Shown here one piece after another: positions 62,140 to 64,000 of a stretch of 64,000 nt of DNA. Location of the stretch: NCBI RefSeq assembly GCF_963921235.1, contig NC_086108.1, positions 85,562,001 through 85,626,000 of the forward strand, in the 5' to 3' direction. The notes below the pieces were generated by a model. It did no database searches. It was not told where the DNA came from and saw only the letters and a list, made by a program, of their open reading frames with translations. Position numbers and translations under genes: made by a program. The stretch is from Mobula hypostoma (Eukaryota). The stretch's first letter is position 1. Each line of letters opens with the position of its first letter.

Positions 62140-62412
62140 AGCTTCCTCCCACAGGTAGTCAGACTGCTAAATAGCTGCTCTACCTGACTCTGCTTTGGAC
62201 ACTTTTAACTTGCACTGGACACTTATAACTTGATTTTAACTGACATGTGGCTGTTGTGTTTTACTATTTATTGTTGTGTTTATTATTTAGTGTTGCGTTT
62301 GTTATGTTATGATTGCACTGCTCCTGAGAAACGCTGTCTCATTCTGCCCTGCAGAGCTGATGTACGGTTAGAATGACAATAAAGTTTTTTGAATCTTTGA
62401 ATCTTGAATCTA
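62140..62412 (+). mobile_element. Rex1-type 3' tail of another subfamily
   Basis: SFLPQVVRLLN C-terminus, AATGACAATAAAG, (TTGAATC)n end. Confidence 0.75.
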
Positions 62413-62631
62413 GATTGCGTGCAACAAGCTACACTTGTGCCAAATACCTATGAAGGGCAGTCAAAATGAAGAGATTATTTTGTACTGGAAACTTCACTGT
62501 ATTTATCAGTATGGATTTTCACACAGAGAGCCTTGCAGACAGTATTAATGTTAAGGTTAGTAGAGATTCTCACCTGGCTCAGAAAAAAATCTTTGAGAAT
62601 TTATATATATGTTAATGAGATTCCACAAGTC

Positions 62632-62855
62632 CTAAGACATAGGAGCAGTATTTGGCCATTTGACCCAACCAATCTACTGTGCCATTCGATCATGGCTGGT
62701 TTATTTACTCTCTCAACCCCATTCTGCTGCCTTATCCCCATAACATTTGACGTCCTTACTAATTAAGTACATATCAACCTCCACATTAAAAATACCCAAT
62801 GACTTGGCCTCCACAGTTGTCTGAGACAATGAATTCCACAGATTCATCACCATCT
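62632..62855 (-). mobile_element. CR1 3' fragment
   Basis: ATAGGAGCAGTATTTGGCCATT...CCCAATGACTTGGCCTCCAC...GAATTCCACAGATTCA. Confidence 0.88.
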
Positions 62856-63254
62856 TCTGTCAGTATGAGCTAATTGTTAGGTTATACTTATGAAAGGGGA
62901 GGAAATGGAAATATGTAGAATGTGAATGAGTTCTTTGATGGGAACACATTTGCTCTGCATCACTCTGCCATAAAACTATATATCTGCCTGTCTTAAATCC
63001 ACCCTGGTTTAAAATCAAAATTCCATGGAAATTGAAAACATGGTTTACTGAAGGGGCATGTTGAAAGGTACTACATATTTATGTAGAAGGGTAGGGAGAG
63101 ATTGTACATTGTAGTTTCCCATTATCTAATCAAAACCAACTCCAATATCATGATTCTTGTGTCCAACATCAGGAGTACAGACAGTACTTTTTACTGAATT
63201 GTCTTTCAAGACTTGCTCATTTTCCTTATCTACCTGTACCACCATGCACGGCAT

Positions 63255-63543
63255 TTTATTTATTTATTATTTAGTGATACAGTGCAGAGTAGGCCCTTCT
63301 GGCCTTTTGAGCCTCACCGCCCAGCAATCCCCAACAAACCTGATTAACCCTAACCTAATCATGGAACAACCTAAAATGACCAATTAACCCACCTGAAATG
63401 CCTTTGGACTGAGGAAGGAAACAAGAGGACACGGAGAAAATGTAAAGAGACTACTTACTGAATTGTGCCAGAACTGAACTGCAAACTCCAGAACACCTCG
63501 AGCTGTAATAGCATCACACTAACCACTACGCTACCATACACCC
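63255..63543 (-). mobile_element. V-SINE/HE1-like SINE
   Basis: Tail GAGTAGGCCCTTCTGGCC; head CTAACCACTACGCTACC; homologous to 29885-30150. Confidence 0.8.
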
Positions 63544-64000
63544 TAGTAAGATTCTTTCTACATAGGTGTGTTTCCTGCAAGCCAGTTCCCATTTGAGATG
63601 TGGTAATTGCAATATCTCTTAATTGGCAGCAGTCTTCACAGATAAGCTTATTCTTCTTAGTACACCATTAACAAATTTTTAAATATTTCACTCAAAATTG
63701 ATAGTTCAAATGAAGATTATCAGCTCAGCCCCATGGCAAATGACGTAGGCAAAGAACTTCCTTTTCTACTAGGTTAAGGTTGGTGAACTTACGGAATAGA
63801 ATCTTTCCCCTGAAGAGACGTCGTTTTGTACTTTGCAACTCTACCATCAATTACTTTTACCTCCACTTTGTATGCACTTTGAGACTTGGTGTAACATCTC
63901 ACTTCAGCTACAAATCAAATTCAGGTCATATTTGCCTTACAAAGAATCCTAGAATTTCTATTCCTGATGGTCTCATATAGTATTAACTTTTTATTTCCCT

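Overview
Eukaryotic DNA with no recognisable host gene, almost entirely a mosaic of nested transposon remnants. The family mix (CR1 LINEs with esterase-type ORF1, V-SINE/HE1-like SINEs, a DeuSINE, Rex1/Babar, Penelope-like elements, Gypsy/chromovirus, hAT, Tc1, R4/Dong-like) points to a cartilaginous fish, probably a ray (inference). No host protein-coding gene, rRNA, true tRNA or CRISPR array can be supported; the recognisable ORFs in the track are TE fragments and the rest look like chance ORFs. The most interesting signals are RNA structures. (1) A complete HDV-like (delta-like) self-cleaving ribozyme fold starts at the apparent first base of a non-autonomous RTE-type element (28916-29100) and has an unusual extra hairpin inserted in loop L3. 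(2) Minimal type-I hammerhead ribozyme motifs sit in the terminal module of the Penelope-like copies. These include fold-back mini-elements with two hammerhead motifs back to back, two of them flanked by target-site duplications (TSDs). Family names are from motif recognition and memory, not database searches. Boundaries without a stated TSD or TIR are approximate.
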